Positions 54,652-62,840 of a DNA stretch of 64,000 bases are shown piece after piece. A program made the position numbers and the translations under genes. Location: the IMG/VR virus record IMGVR_UViG_3300032030_000015, positions 81,002-145,001 of that record; one strand, given 5' to 3'. This stretch comes from a virus (Duplodnaviria; Caudoviricetes). The stretch's first letter is position 1; each line of letters begins with the position of its first letter. Under the pieces are notes generated by a model that worked only from the letters and a program-made list of their open reading frames with translations, searched no databases and was not told where the DNA came from.

Positions 54652-55200
54652 TCAGGGCTCGTCGCCAAACTTCACCCTCCTCATGCCCGTCACGTCGAAG
54701 ATAACCTTCTCCATGTCCTCGGTCGATACGAGGCCGCGACGCTGCAACTCGCGCATCACCTCCCACTGTTCTTCTATCATGCGATGGCGGCTTCCGATGG
54801 CGGTCATGGCGTCGTCGCTTATCCGCCTGGCCTTGCCCCGCAGCTTGTAAACCTTGCGCTCTGCCGACTTGCGGCGGCGGTTGGCCTTGCGTAGCAGGAA
54901 GAAGAGTTCGGCCTTCGTATAACGCTGGCTGCGCTTGATGTCGGAGAGTTCGCGGTTGAAGCGGCAGTAATGCGATACGCACATCCCTGTGAGTTCAATA
55001 AACTCTTGACGCTCTTCATCCCACACAAGCTGGTACGACATTGTGCTTACCCTCCTTCTGACGACCTGTGCCGTCACGTCAACGACGCTGATGCCCTCGG
55101 TCATAGAGGCTGACAGATGCCAGTCGGTAATCGTCACCCTCTCTGTCTTCTCGGCCTTCTTGATGACCTCCAGTGCTTTCTGTTGTAAGTCCATAGTCAT
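54652..55200 (-). CDS. Hypothetical protein
   Basis: Operon coupling. Confidence 0.6.
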   Translation of the reverse strand: MTMDLQQKALEVIKKAEKTERVTITDWHLSASMTEGISVVDVTAQVVRRRVSTMSYQLVWDEERQEFIELTGMCVSHYCRFNRELSDIKRSQRYTKAELFFLLRKANRRRKSAERKVYKLRGKARRISDDAMTAIGSRHRMIEEQWEVMRELQRRGLVSTEDMEKVIFDVTGMRRVKFGDEP

Positions 55201-55640
55201 TTCTCCTTATTCTTGTTATTACCCTTTCTCGCCACTGGCTTGGATTGTTTCAGTGGCAGCACCTTCTCTTCGTACCATCGCTCGGCCTCCGTTTTGCCTA
55301 ACAGACCGAGGCGACGGGCGATGCGTTCCCACCAGTATAGGCGCGGCGGCTCCATGGTCAGCAGTTCCAACACCGTGAGGCAGGCATCACGGAATGCTCC
55401 GTCCGGCGTGCCGTCCTCTCCATGTATAGAATGTTCCTTTTTGCCATCCTTTGTGAGGTACTGGATATACACAACGTAGCAGTTCGTCTCCCTCGATGGC
55501 GGTGTAAGCATAATGCCTTTCTCGTGCCACAGCCATTTCCTGATGTTGCCAAACGAAGTGCGGTAGTAACCCGCTTCTATCAGTGCTCTTGCAACGAACT
55601 TGTCACAAGGCTGTTTCCATATTCTTTCATACGGTGTCAT
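55197..55640 (-). CDS. Hypothetical protein
   Basis: IRKWLWHEKGI motif; operon coupling. Confidence 0.6.
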   Translation of the reverse strand: MTPYERIWKQPCDKFVARALIEAGYYRTSFGNIRKWLWHEKGIMLTPPSRETNCYVVYIQYLTKDGKKEHSIHGEDGTPDGAFRDACLTVLELLTMEPPRLYWWERIARRLGLLGKTEAERWYEEKVLPLKQSKPVARKGNNKNKEK

Positions 55641-55677
55641 AATTCGTTTAATTAGTGAAATTCGTGTTCGTTAAATA

Positions 55678-56043
55678 TTACCATGTCTCCATGTCGGCCA
55701 GCGAGGGGGCGGCTTGCGGTTCCGGCTCTGCGAACAGGTCGGGCTGGTCTGTGCCGCTTTCCAGGTGGGCACAGGGGGGGTGGGGGCCTACCCCCTGGGG
55801 GGGCGGAACGTCCGCGTCTTCTTCCATGTAGTCGCGCCAGCGCTTCTGGTTGAGCCATCCCTGGGGGTACATGAACGCGACGTTGTTGCGCTGGTAGTCG
55901 TCGATGTAGGCGGGCAGGGCGGCGAAGGCCAGCTGCTTTGCCTCTGGCCTCATGCCCTTCCATACCTTCTCGGCCTTGTCCTTGCCCCGCTTCCGTGGGT
56001 AGGCCGCCCAGAACTCCTTGAAGGTCGGTGTCCTACTCGCCAT
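55678..56043 (-). CDS. Replication-initiator C-terminal-like domain protein
   Basis: FKEFWAAYPRKRGKDKAEKVW..YPQGWLNQKRW. Confidence 0.65.
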   Translation of the reverse strand: MASRTPTFKEFWAAYPRKRGKDKAEKVWKGMRPEAKQLAFAALPAYIDDYQRNNVAFMYPQGWLNQKRWRDYMEEDADVPPPQGVGPHPPCAHLESGTDQPDLFAEPEPQAAPSLADMETW

Positions 56044-56509
56044 CGCCAGCCTCCTTCTTGTCCGCCTTCTGGTACTCGAACACATCGAGGATTTTCGTCT
56101 CGCTGACGGTTGACTTCTCGTAGTCAATCATCGTGCCGCCCATCACCTCGTTGATGTTCTTCACGGCGCCGTCGAGCGTGGCGGCCTGCACGAGATAGTA
56201 CACGTTCGAGCGCTTCTCCTTCTCCGTCTTCTCGTCGATGGTGATGAACTGCACCTTCGCCTTGAAGTAGCGGTCCTCCGTCTCGCAATCGCTGAAGAAC
56301 ACCTCCTTGTACGTGGCCTTCTTCACGTCAGTCACCTCGAACTCGCCGCTGATGTAGCTCGACATCTCCTCGATGATGCGCTTCTCCGCCTCGCTGAACG
56401 ACAAGGCATCCACGACATACTGTTCCGTCACTTTCTTCTGCAAGCCGTTCTCCATTACTTTCTCGTAACGGACCTTGCACTCAAACCAAATTGCTGTTCT
56501 TGATCTCAT
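56033..56509 (-). CDS. DUF4494 family protein
   Basis: WFECKVRYEKVMENG..TEQYVVDALSFSEAE. Confidence 0.85.
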   Translation of the reverse strand: MRSRTAIWFECKVRYEKVMENGLQKKVTEQYVVDALSFSEAEKRIIEEMSSYISGEFEVTDVKKATYKEVFFSDCETEDRYFKAKVQFITIDEKTEKEKRSNVYYLVQAATLDGAVKNINEVMGGTMIDYEKSTVSETKILDVFEYQKADKKEAGDGE

Positions 56510-56552
56510 AATCGTAAATGTTTAAATTGTTAATATTGGGGTTAAAAATAAC

Positions 56553-56765
56553 TTAGTCAAATAGTTCCAACTGCACCGCCTGGGTGAACCTGACGGGCGG
56601 CTGGTTGTCGGCCCGCTGCTGCCATGTGCCGCACGACTCGTCGGGGCGCACGGAGCAGTCAGCATCCTGCTGCCCCTCATATAGCCACTCCTTGTTCCAG
56701 CACTGCGGCTGCTGACGGTACGGCGAGTTGTAGGCGTTCAGGCAGTTGCGGCAGGTCTGTGTCAT
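56553..56765 (-). CDS. Small Cys-rich protein
   Basis: CRNC..C..C..C; ends QLELFD (beta-clamp-binding-like). Confidence 0.5.
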   Translation of the reverse strand: MTQTCRNCLNAYNSPYRQQPQCWNKEWLYEGQQDADCSVRPDESCGTWQQRADNQPPVRFTQAVQLELFD

Positions 56766-57034
56766 AGGGCAGCCTCTCTTTCCGTATCTTCAGACCACAC
56801 CACCGTCGGCGTGTGCTCCCTTGCGTAATCCTTGCAGACGGCAATAGCGTCTTCGGGATGATAATAGTACGTTGGACGTGATGTGTCCGCACCTTTAAGG
56901 TAGCACTTACACCACCCGTTCTGCTCGTTATAATACTGCGGCACATAGTGCGTGATGTCCATACGAGGTGGCGGCGAGGAGTAACAGCCTTCCTTGGGCA
57001 CGCTCTCCTTTACTTCGATAACTCTCAGTTTCAT
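56762..57034 (-). CDS. Hypothetical protein
   Basis: Operon coupling. Confidence 0.55.
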   Translation of the reverse strand: MKLRVIEVKESVPKEGCYSSPPPRMDITHYVPQYYNEQNGWCKCYLKGADTSRPTYYYHPEDAIAVCKDYAREHTPTVVWSEDTEREAAL

Positions 57035-57038
57035 AATG

Positions 57039-57668
57039 TTAATGTTTAAGTTGTTGCTTGTCTCGGTTTATAATCCTGTCCGTCGCATCGTCGCGCATCT
57101 TGGCGAAGATGCCGTAGCGACGAAACGTGTTGTAGGCGTCGAGTTCATCCTTTGATGCCTTGCGGACGCGCTGGTCGAGCAGCACCTTGGCGGCGTTTAT
57201 TTCGTTGGCGAGAATCGACTTGTAGAGCCAGCCCACCATCATGCGATAGACGGCTTCGGTCTTCACTATCTCGGTCACTATCTGCGTCACCGTCAGACTG
57301 TCGGCATGGTTCAGCGTGTCCATGTGGTCGAAGCGGAACCTGCCTGCCGCCTCTTCGTCGGCCTCGCGGTTCAGTTGCTCCATCAGTCGGCGTTGCGCAT
57401 CCTCAGTGGCCTGCTTCTCGCGCAGGTCAAGCATCCCCTGGTAGGCCTTGTCGCCAGCCTCGATGTTGAAATACTCCGTACCCTCCTTCTGCGATGAGTA
57501 GTCCATGCCGTTGCAGACGTGCAGCACCGTCGAGCGTATCGCTCTTACGTCGTCGAGTGTCAGTGCCTCGATGAACGTCCCGCCGCCGTGCAGCATCATG
57601 TAGATCATCGACAACTCAAACCGCTCCTTGCGGTCGTCAATCGCCATCAGTTCCTGTTTGGTAATCAT
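57039..57668 (-). CDS. Hypothetical protein (likely start MITKQE)
   Basis: This start lies just after the upstream stop; the longer ORF-track version overlaps the upstream gene. Confidence 0.6.
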   Translation of the reverse strand: MITKQELMAIDDRKERFELSMIYMMLHGGGTFIEALTLDDVRAIRSTVLHVCNGMDYSSQKEGTEYFNIEAGDKAYQGMLDLREKQATEDAQRRLMEQLNREADEEAAGRFRFDHMDTLNHADSLTVTQIVTEIVKTEAVYRMMVGWLYKSILANEINAAKVLLDQRVRKASKDELDAYNTFRRYGIFAKMRDDATDRIINRDKQQLKH

Positions 57669-57670
57669 AG

Positions 57671-58252
57671 TCACTCCTCCTTCTTCTCTGCTTTCACACA
57701 CTTCCTTACTATCTCCTCGGTCAGCACGCTGCCGTTGGCGCGGGTCAGTTCGTCGAGCATCTGCATGTCGAACTCGTCCTGATGGAACTTGTACTGAATC
57801 CACTCTGGCTCGTACTCACGGTAGTCAAGCCGAGACTTGTGCTCGTAAGTGCCAAGCACCCTGTCGACCATCATGTTGATGCGCTCGCCGGCCTGCTTGC
57901 TCCTGACGAAGCCTGCGATGTCGGGCGTGCCGGCACCACGCGACTGCCAGTACTCGCCCTCTCCGTCGGGTCTGACATCCGGCACGATGGGCATGCACTT
58001 GTCGCTCTTGTAGTACTCCACGGCCACCCTTGCACCCTTGCGGCCAAAGCCCAGGCTGATGCCATACCAGGGGACGGCATAGCAGAGCCTGTCCGTGCTG
58101 ACGACGAACGGCACGTCCTTGGGGTCGATGTGGTTGGTCTCGCAGTCGCGCCTGAAGTGCTCCACTGCGTTAATCAATGTCTGGAACGACATCGTCTTGT
58201 GGTCGAGATAGTCAACCATCAAGTCCTTCTCGGGGTCTCCATTGTAAGCCAT
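57671..58252 (-). CDS. Hypothetical protein
   Basis: Operon coupling and codon usage. Confidence 0.65.
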   Translation of the reverse strand: MAYNGDPEKDLMVDYLDHKTMSFQTLINAVEHFRRDCETNHIDPKDVPFVVSTDRLCYAVPWYGISLGFGRKGARVAVEYYKSDKCMPIVPDVRPDGEGEYWQSRGAGTPDIAGFVRSKQAGERINMMVDRVLGTYEHKSRLDYREYEPEWIQYKFHQDEFDMQMLDELTRANGSVLTEEIVRKCVKAEKKEE

Positions 58253-58255
58253 ACG

Positions 58256-58471
58256 TCAGTCCTCCTTGATGATTTTGTCCAGCGTTCTCTTCACTTCATC
58301 AATAGTCTTTTCTTTGTCATGGTCTATGATGAAATAGGCTCCAATAAGAAATGCCAGCAAAAAGGCGCATACAGCAGCAGCCGTCGGGCGACCTTGTGAA
58401 AGGCAGTTGTGGATGCAATAGCCTATCCATGCGCAGACCAAGTACCTCAGTAAGATTATGAACTTCTTCAT
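58256..58471 (-). CDS. Small two-TM membrane protein
   Basis: Two hydrophobic helices. Confidence 0.5.
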   Translation of the reverse strand: MKKFIILLRYLVCAWIGYCIHNCLSQGRPTAAAVCAFLLAFLIGAYFIIDHDKEKTIDEVKRTLDKIIKED

Positions 58472-58698
58472 GCCTCACCCTCCTTCTCTTTCGTCCGTCG
58501 CTCCATTTCCTCGTGTGCCCCGAACTCAATGTCGGTCAGGTCGCTGAGCCTGATGTCCTTCAGCCCCACGTCGCCGGCCTTCTTCAGCAGCGCACAGAAG
58601 CGCAACACATACTCGTCGGGCAACACAATCCCGATACCGCGCAGGGCCACGTCCCACAGACGCTCCTCGCCCTGCAAAATTCCATTCTTCTCTTTCAT
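58468..58698 (-). CDS. Hypothetical protein
   Basis: Operon coupling. Confidence 0.55.
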   Translation of the reverse strand: MKEKNGILQGEERLWDVALRGIGIVLPDEYVLRFCALLKKAGDVGLKDIRLSDLTDIEFGAHEEMERRTKEKEGEA

Positions 58699-58706
58699 AG
58701 TTCCTG

Positions 58707-59366
58707 TTACTTATGTATATCCATATTCTTACGGTCAATGGCGGCAGCGGCAAGCGCACCACCACGAATGATGTCGCTCTTCAGGTCTTTTGGTTTGAAG
58801 GACTGCTCGTCCCACGGCCAGTACTTGCGTGCATCTCCCTCTTCGCCGATGCTGCTCAGCAGGTAGGCGACGGATGCCAGCACAAACTCGCGGGTGGCAT
58901 GCTCCCGATCGTGGCTTGCGTCGTAGCCTTCGCGTACTATCTGGCGGCTGCGCTCATTAGAGATTTCCTCGGCTCCTGACAGCATCATCGGCGGCATCGT
59001 CAGTTTGTACTTCTCGCAGACAGCCGCAAACATACGGCGTGCAAAAGGATGCTCGTTTACCAGCTTTACCATCTGCAGCTCTGACAAATGCAGACCGTCA
59101 ACATAGAGCACCGTCTTGCTTCCTCCCCTCTCGTCGTGTGGCGACAGGTTCACGCCAAACCATGTGCCACGATCAAAGTTGATGGTGGCAAACGTTCTGC
59201 GACTGGGCCAGAACTGCTGCAAATCATTTCTGTTGCTCAACCCGTCAATCCATCTTTCGATGTCTGACATCTCTTGTGGGCTGTCAAAACTCCCTTTCAG
59301 GAGCGTAGCCCCATGGCCACTACCTTTACATGTAGTGCCGAAATAAAGAATAGTTCCTTTCTCCAT
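58707..59366 (-). CDS. Two-domain protein with a C-terminal phage ERxRQ..WPW..KP helical (MazG-like) domain
   Basis: EISNERSRQIVREGYDASHD..YWPWDEQSFKP..IRGGALAAAAIDR. Confidence 0.55.
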   Translation of the reverse strand: MEKGTILYFGTTCKGSGHGATLLKGSFDSPQEMSDIERWIDGLSNRNDLQQFWPSRRTFATINFDRGTWFGVNLSPHDERGGSKTVLYVDGLHLSELQMVKLVNEHPFARRMFAAVCEKYKLTMPPMMLSGAEEISNERSRQIVREGYDASHDREHATREFVLASVAYLLSSIGEEGDARKYWPWDEQSFKPKDLKSDIIRGGALAAAAIDRKNMDIHK

Positions 59367-59381
59367 AATTCCTTTACTTGT

Positions 59382-59792
59382 TTATTCGTTAATACTTCCT
59401 TCCCAGTCCCAAAGCCCAAGTCGGCCCTTCACGTTGCGGATGGGCTGGGCGAACACTTTGGCGTTTCGGCATATCCAGTGCCACTGCCCACGCGCTGCCC
59501 ACTCCGAGGTGCTGTCCTGAACGCAGTCCACAATCTCCACACTGCCGACGATGCAGCCGAAGAGGTCGTTTTCATCCACCTCGTTCATCTGTGTCATCAT
59601 GGCTATTTCCTCGACCGTAAACTCATGTCGCGTTTTAAGGAAACTCACCACGTCATGCACTTTCTCCCCGGCATGTATCAGCACCGTTCCCCGGTAGTTC
59701 GTCCTGCGGCTCCGGTTCTCCACGTCCTTGATGCCGCTCACAAGCAGACTTGCATACGGCTGCCGCACGGTCAATACTTTGTACTTCGCCAT
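59382..59792 (-). CDS. ASCH domain protein
   Basis: LTVRQPYASLLVSGIKDVENRS..YRGTVLIHAG..VKGRLGLW. Confidence 0.9.
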   Translation of the reverse strand: MAKYKVLTVRQPYASLLVSGIKDVENRSRRTNYRGTVLIHAGEKVHDVVSFLKTRHEFTVEEIAMMTQMNEVDENDLFGCIVGSVEIVDCVQDSTSEWAARGQWHWICRNAKVFAQPIRNVKGRLGLWDWEGSINE

Positions 59793-59795
59793 CAG

Positions 59796-60050
59796 TCAGT
59801 CCTCCTTGTCGGTCAGATAATCCCATTTCTTATTCAGCCGCAAGCCGCAGAAGATGTCGTACATCCACTGTTCATTCTCTTCCTGCAAGTCCTTGAAGAA
59901 CTCGTAGTCGTGAAACTCAGCCGTACATACACAATGGTTGTAAGAGTAGTGCAGGACGCACACCCAGTCCTTTCCCGTGGCGACGACGTTATAGAGCGCA
60001 TCGTCCTTGCAAGAATAGCATTTGCCGATTTCAATTTCTTCTTTGGTCAT
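59796..60050 (-). CDS. Hypothetical protein
   Basis: Operon coupling. Confidence 0.5.
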   Translation of the reverse strand: MTKEEIEIGKCYSCKDDALYNVVATGKDWVCVLHYSYNHCVCTAEFHDYEFFKDLQEENEQWMYDIFCGLRLNKKWDYLTDKED

Positions 60051-60053
60051 ACG

Positions 60054-60530
60054 TCAACCCTCCTTCAACATTTCCTCGATGCCGCCCTCGCCTGGCAGGG
60101 CGACGATGTTATGATCCACGCGGCAGTCGGTGCGGCACTCGGCATAGATTGGAACGCCCAGCACCTCGGCCAGCGACAGTTCCATCTGCACACCACGCGA
60201 CTCGTAGCACGCCACGTTGTCGCCGATGACGTACACGCCATGCAGCGCACCGGCCTCGTGAGCCATTTGCATCCGCTGCAGACAGGCCATGATGTAGTCG
60301 GCACGGCTCGGCTTCTGCGGTTCGCCGTCTGACGAGCACACGCCCCAGAAGTGACGATACCGCCACTTCAGCGCATTCTCCACCTCCCGCGCAATGTCCA
60401 CGGGGTTAATCACATAGAATCCCATCCGGCGCAGCCTTGCCTCTGCGTCGAGAAAATCCTTCTGCCAGCCCTCTCGTGGCTGACCTGTAGCATTGTTTGT
60501 AATGCTGCCAGAAATGTAAATTGTCTTCAT
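60054..60530 (-). CDS. DUF4406 / nucleoside deoxyribosyltransferase-like protein
   Basis: IYISGSIT..F..AEARL...G..VINP..YIMACL..ESRGVQMELSLA. Confidence 0.75.
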   Translation of the reverse strand: MKTIYISGSITNNATGQPREGWQKDFLDAEARLRRMGFYVINPVDIAREVENALKWRYRHFWGVCSSDGEPQKPSRADYIMACLQRMQMAHEAGALHGVYVIGDNVACYESRGVQMELSLAEVLGVPIYAECRTDCRVDHNIVALPGEGGIEEMLKEG

Positions 60531-60542
60531 TGGTCGTTCTGT

Positions 60543-60767
60543 TTAATCCGTCTTTTGTACTGTTACCATTGTGTTGCTACCGATGCTTGTCTGCATCTGT
60601 TGTAGTTGCAGGGGAACAAGCCATGAGTCCTCGCCCTCCCAGTCGTAGATATCCATATTGATTTGCTGGCCGATATAGTCCTCAAGCCGCTCGTGGATAT
60701 AGTCGGTTTCCAAATCGTCGTCCACGTCTGCCACATAGGTCAGCGTTACAATTACTCTCTTTGCCAT
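60543..60767 (-). CDS. Small acidic protein
   Basis: Operon coupling. Confidence 0.5.
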   Translation of the reverse strand: MAKRVIVTLTYVADVDDDLETDYIHERLEDYIGQQINMDIYDWEGEDSWLVPLQLQQMQTSIGSNTMVTVQKTD

Positions 60768-60769
60768 AA

Positions 60770-60964
60770 TTAAAACTGATAAGTGTAATACTTGTCAATC
60801 GTCAGCGGCTGAAGATACGGATGCCGCTGTCTTATCTGCTCTCTGATTTCTCCAGCCAGTTCGAGTGTGGCAATGTTACTGGTCAGTTCCAAACGCTGTC
60901 CGTCGTGCAATCCAATCACTCGATAACTCTTGAATATTCTCCATTCCTCAAATTCTTGTGTCAT
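60770..60964 (-). CDS. Hypothetical protein
   Basis: Operon coupling. Confidence 0.5.
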   Translation of the reverse strand: MTQEFEEWRIFKSYRVIGLHDGQRLELTSNIATLELAGEIREQIRQRHPYLQPLTIDKYYTYQF

Positions 60965-60991
60965 AATCTTAATTCGTTTAATTCGTAGTCA

Positions 60992-61372
60992 TTAAAATGG
61001 TAAGTCGTCCGTGCCCTGCTGGTCGGGCTGGGGCGGTGGGAAGGGGGCTGGCGACGTGGGCTGCGGGGCGGCGGCTTGCGGGGCGGGCTGGCCCGTGTAT
61101 GGCCTGATGACGTTGTAGCAGCGGACTTCATTGAACCAGCGGCCGTTGTACTCATGCGCGTCGATGTCAAACTGCACGGTCACGTTCTGCTCGCCCTGGT
61201 GGAGGTTGAACTGCCTGATGCGGTCTTCGCCGAAGATTCGGAAGACCATCTTCTTCGGATACTGCCCCGGCACCTCCAGCACATACTCCTGTGACATCCA
61301 CTGGTTGCCGGTCCGTTGACTTACGCCAGACTGTGCGGGCATCACGGCGATAATTGTTCCTGTTAGATCCAT
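60992..61372 (-). CDS. DUF3127 family OB-fold ssDNA-binding protein
   Basis: GVSQRTGNQW..QYPKKMVF..FGEDRI..WFNEVRC; ends DDLPF (SSB tail). Confidence 0.9.
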   Translation of the reverse strand: MDLTGTIIAVMPAQSGVSQRTGNQWMSQEYVLEVPGQYPKKMVFRIFGEDRIRQFNLHQGEQNVTVQFDIDAHEYNGRWFNEVRCYNVIRPYTGQPAPQAAAPQPTSPAPFPPPQPDQQGTDDLPF

Positions 61373-61430
61373 ACTTTTGCTGTTTTGTTTTAAGCCTGCT
61401 TGCGCAGGGAAATTGATTATTAAAAATTAT

Positions 61431-62015
61431 TCAGTCGAGAATGATGACCTCTTCCTCGCCGCGACGGGTGACGTAGGCGAAGATGTCATTGCGATATACC
61501 ATGCGCGACTTGATGACGCGGCCTTTCTTCTGGGCATACTCGCGGCACCACTGCAGGTCGAGCGTCCACGATATGCCGGGGTCGGTGTTGTCGGGGTAGC
61601 GCTCGGCATCGTAGGCACGATGCACCAGCACAGGGAACTGCATCTTGTCGAGCGCGTCGCTGTCCTCGGGCGTCATAAACCACTTGCGGCAGGGTCTTGC
61701 CGACTTCATCATCGTGCGGAACAGCTGTGCCGTCTCGGTGCTTCCGGCAGCCACCCACACCGTGCGCATCAGTTCCCAGTATCGTGGGTTGCTCAGCAGT
61801 TTGGCCTTGCGGAAGAACAGGTCGAGCATCCTTTCGGCTGCACGGTCGCCGCCTTCCTGGTCGATGCGTATCAGTTGCATGGCAATCTTCGAGTCGCGTG
61901 CCATCTGCTTCTCGCTCAGTCCCGTCGGTATGCGGCGGGTGAAGTCCGTGCGGCGGTTATTCTCCAGCGCGTTCGGGTCGTAGGTGCCGACGCTGTACTT
62001 TGGTATTTCTATCAT
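61431..62015 (-). CDS. Putative ADP-ribosyltransferase-fold protein
   Basis: LVHRA / GISWTLD / RGEEEVII matches the R-S-ExE arrangement. Confidence 0.5.
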   Translation of the reverse strand: MIEIPKYSVGTYDPNALENNRRTDFTRRIPTGLSEKQMARDSKIAMQLIRIDQEGGDRAAERMLDLFFRKAKLLSNPRYWELMRTVWVAAGSTETAQLFRTMMKSARPCRKWFMTPEDSDALDKMQFPVLVHRAYDAERYPDNTDPGISWTLDLQWCREYAQKKGRVIKSRMVYRNDIFAYVTRRGEEEVIILD

Positions 62016-62083
62016 ACGTTTTGTTTTGTATCGGCTGTCGCCGAGAAATTGATTAAAAATTATATTAAAAATTATTCAGTCGG

Positions 62084-62827
62084 TTAGAAGAGCGACAACT
62101 GCTCCACCTTGCGCCCGTCCTTGAGCGTGGTGATGCCGTGACATTCCTTGTCGAAGCGCTCGCAGCCTTTGTCGAAGTATTCCTTGTCAATCTCGCAGCC
62201 GACGTAATCGAAGCCCATCTTATAGGCGGCGATACGGCTCGACTGGCTGCCCATCATGGGGTCGAAGATGATGGCACCCTCGGCGGCATACCTCTTCAGC
62301 AGCCACGCATAGAGGGCAACGGGCTTCTGCGTGGGGTGGATATGTTGCTCATTCAACTGCTTGTTTCCCTGTTGACGATTAGCGATGTTGACGTCTATGG
62401 AACATTTCTCGCCCTGCATCATACCATGCCACATGTAATGCACGATGTCCGTCCGCAGGTCGAACGACTGCCACGCTATCTCGCAGCCGAACTGGTCGCT
62501 GTTGCCGTTCATCTTGTCCCACACCAGCATGCCGCCTTTCAGTCCGAAGTAGTTGGCGCCCCAGATTATCTGATGTTCGCTGACCCGCCGCAGTTCATCG
62601 AAGAAAGCCTGCTCTGGAATGGCAGCATCCCAGTCCTTCTTGCCGTAGTCGTTCAGCGTGGCCGGCAGGTATGAGCCGTTCTTCTGCCGGATCATGCCTG
62701 GCTTCTTCGCGGGCTTGTCGGCGCCGATGCCATACGGCGGGTCGGCCACGGCCAGCGTGAACGCCTTGTCGGGCAGCGTCCTCATGTATTCGAGGCAGTC
62801 GATGTTATGTACTTCGCTCTTCGGCAT
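62084..62827 (-). CDS. DNA N6-adenine/N4-cytosine methyltransferase (beta class)
   Basis: DPPY, HPTQKP, FDPMMGS and GCEID motifs. Confidence 0.92.
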   Translation of the reverse strand: MPKSEVHNIDCLEYMRTLPDKAFTLAVADPPYGIGADKPAKKPGMIRQKNGSYLPATLNDYGKKDWDAAIPEQAFFDELRRVSEHQIIWGANYFGLKGGMLVWDKMNGNSDQFGCEIAWQSFDLRTDIVHYMWHGMMQGEKCSIDVNIANRQQGNKQLNEQHIHPTQKPVALYAWLLKRYAAEGAIIFDPMMGSQSSRIAAYKMGFDYVGCEIDKEYFDKGCERFDKECHGITTLKDGRKVEQLSLF

Positions 62828-62840
62828 TACTCTTTCTCCT

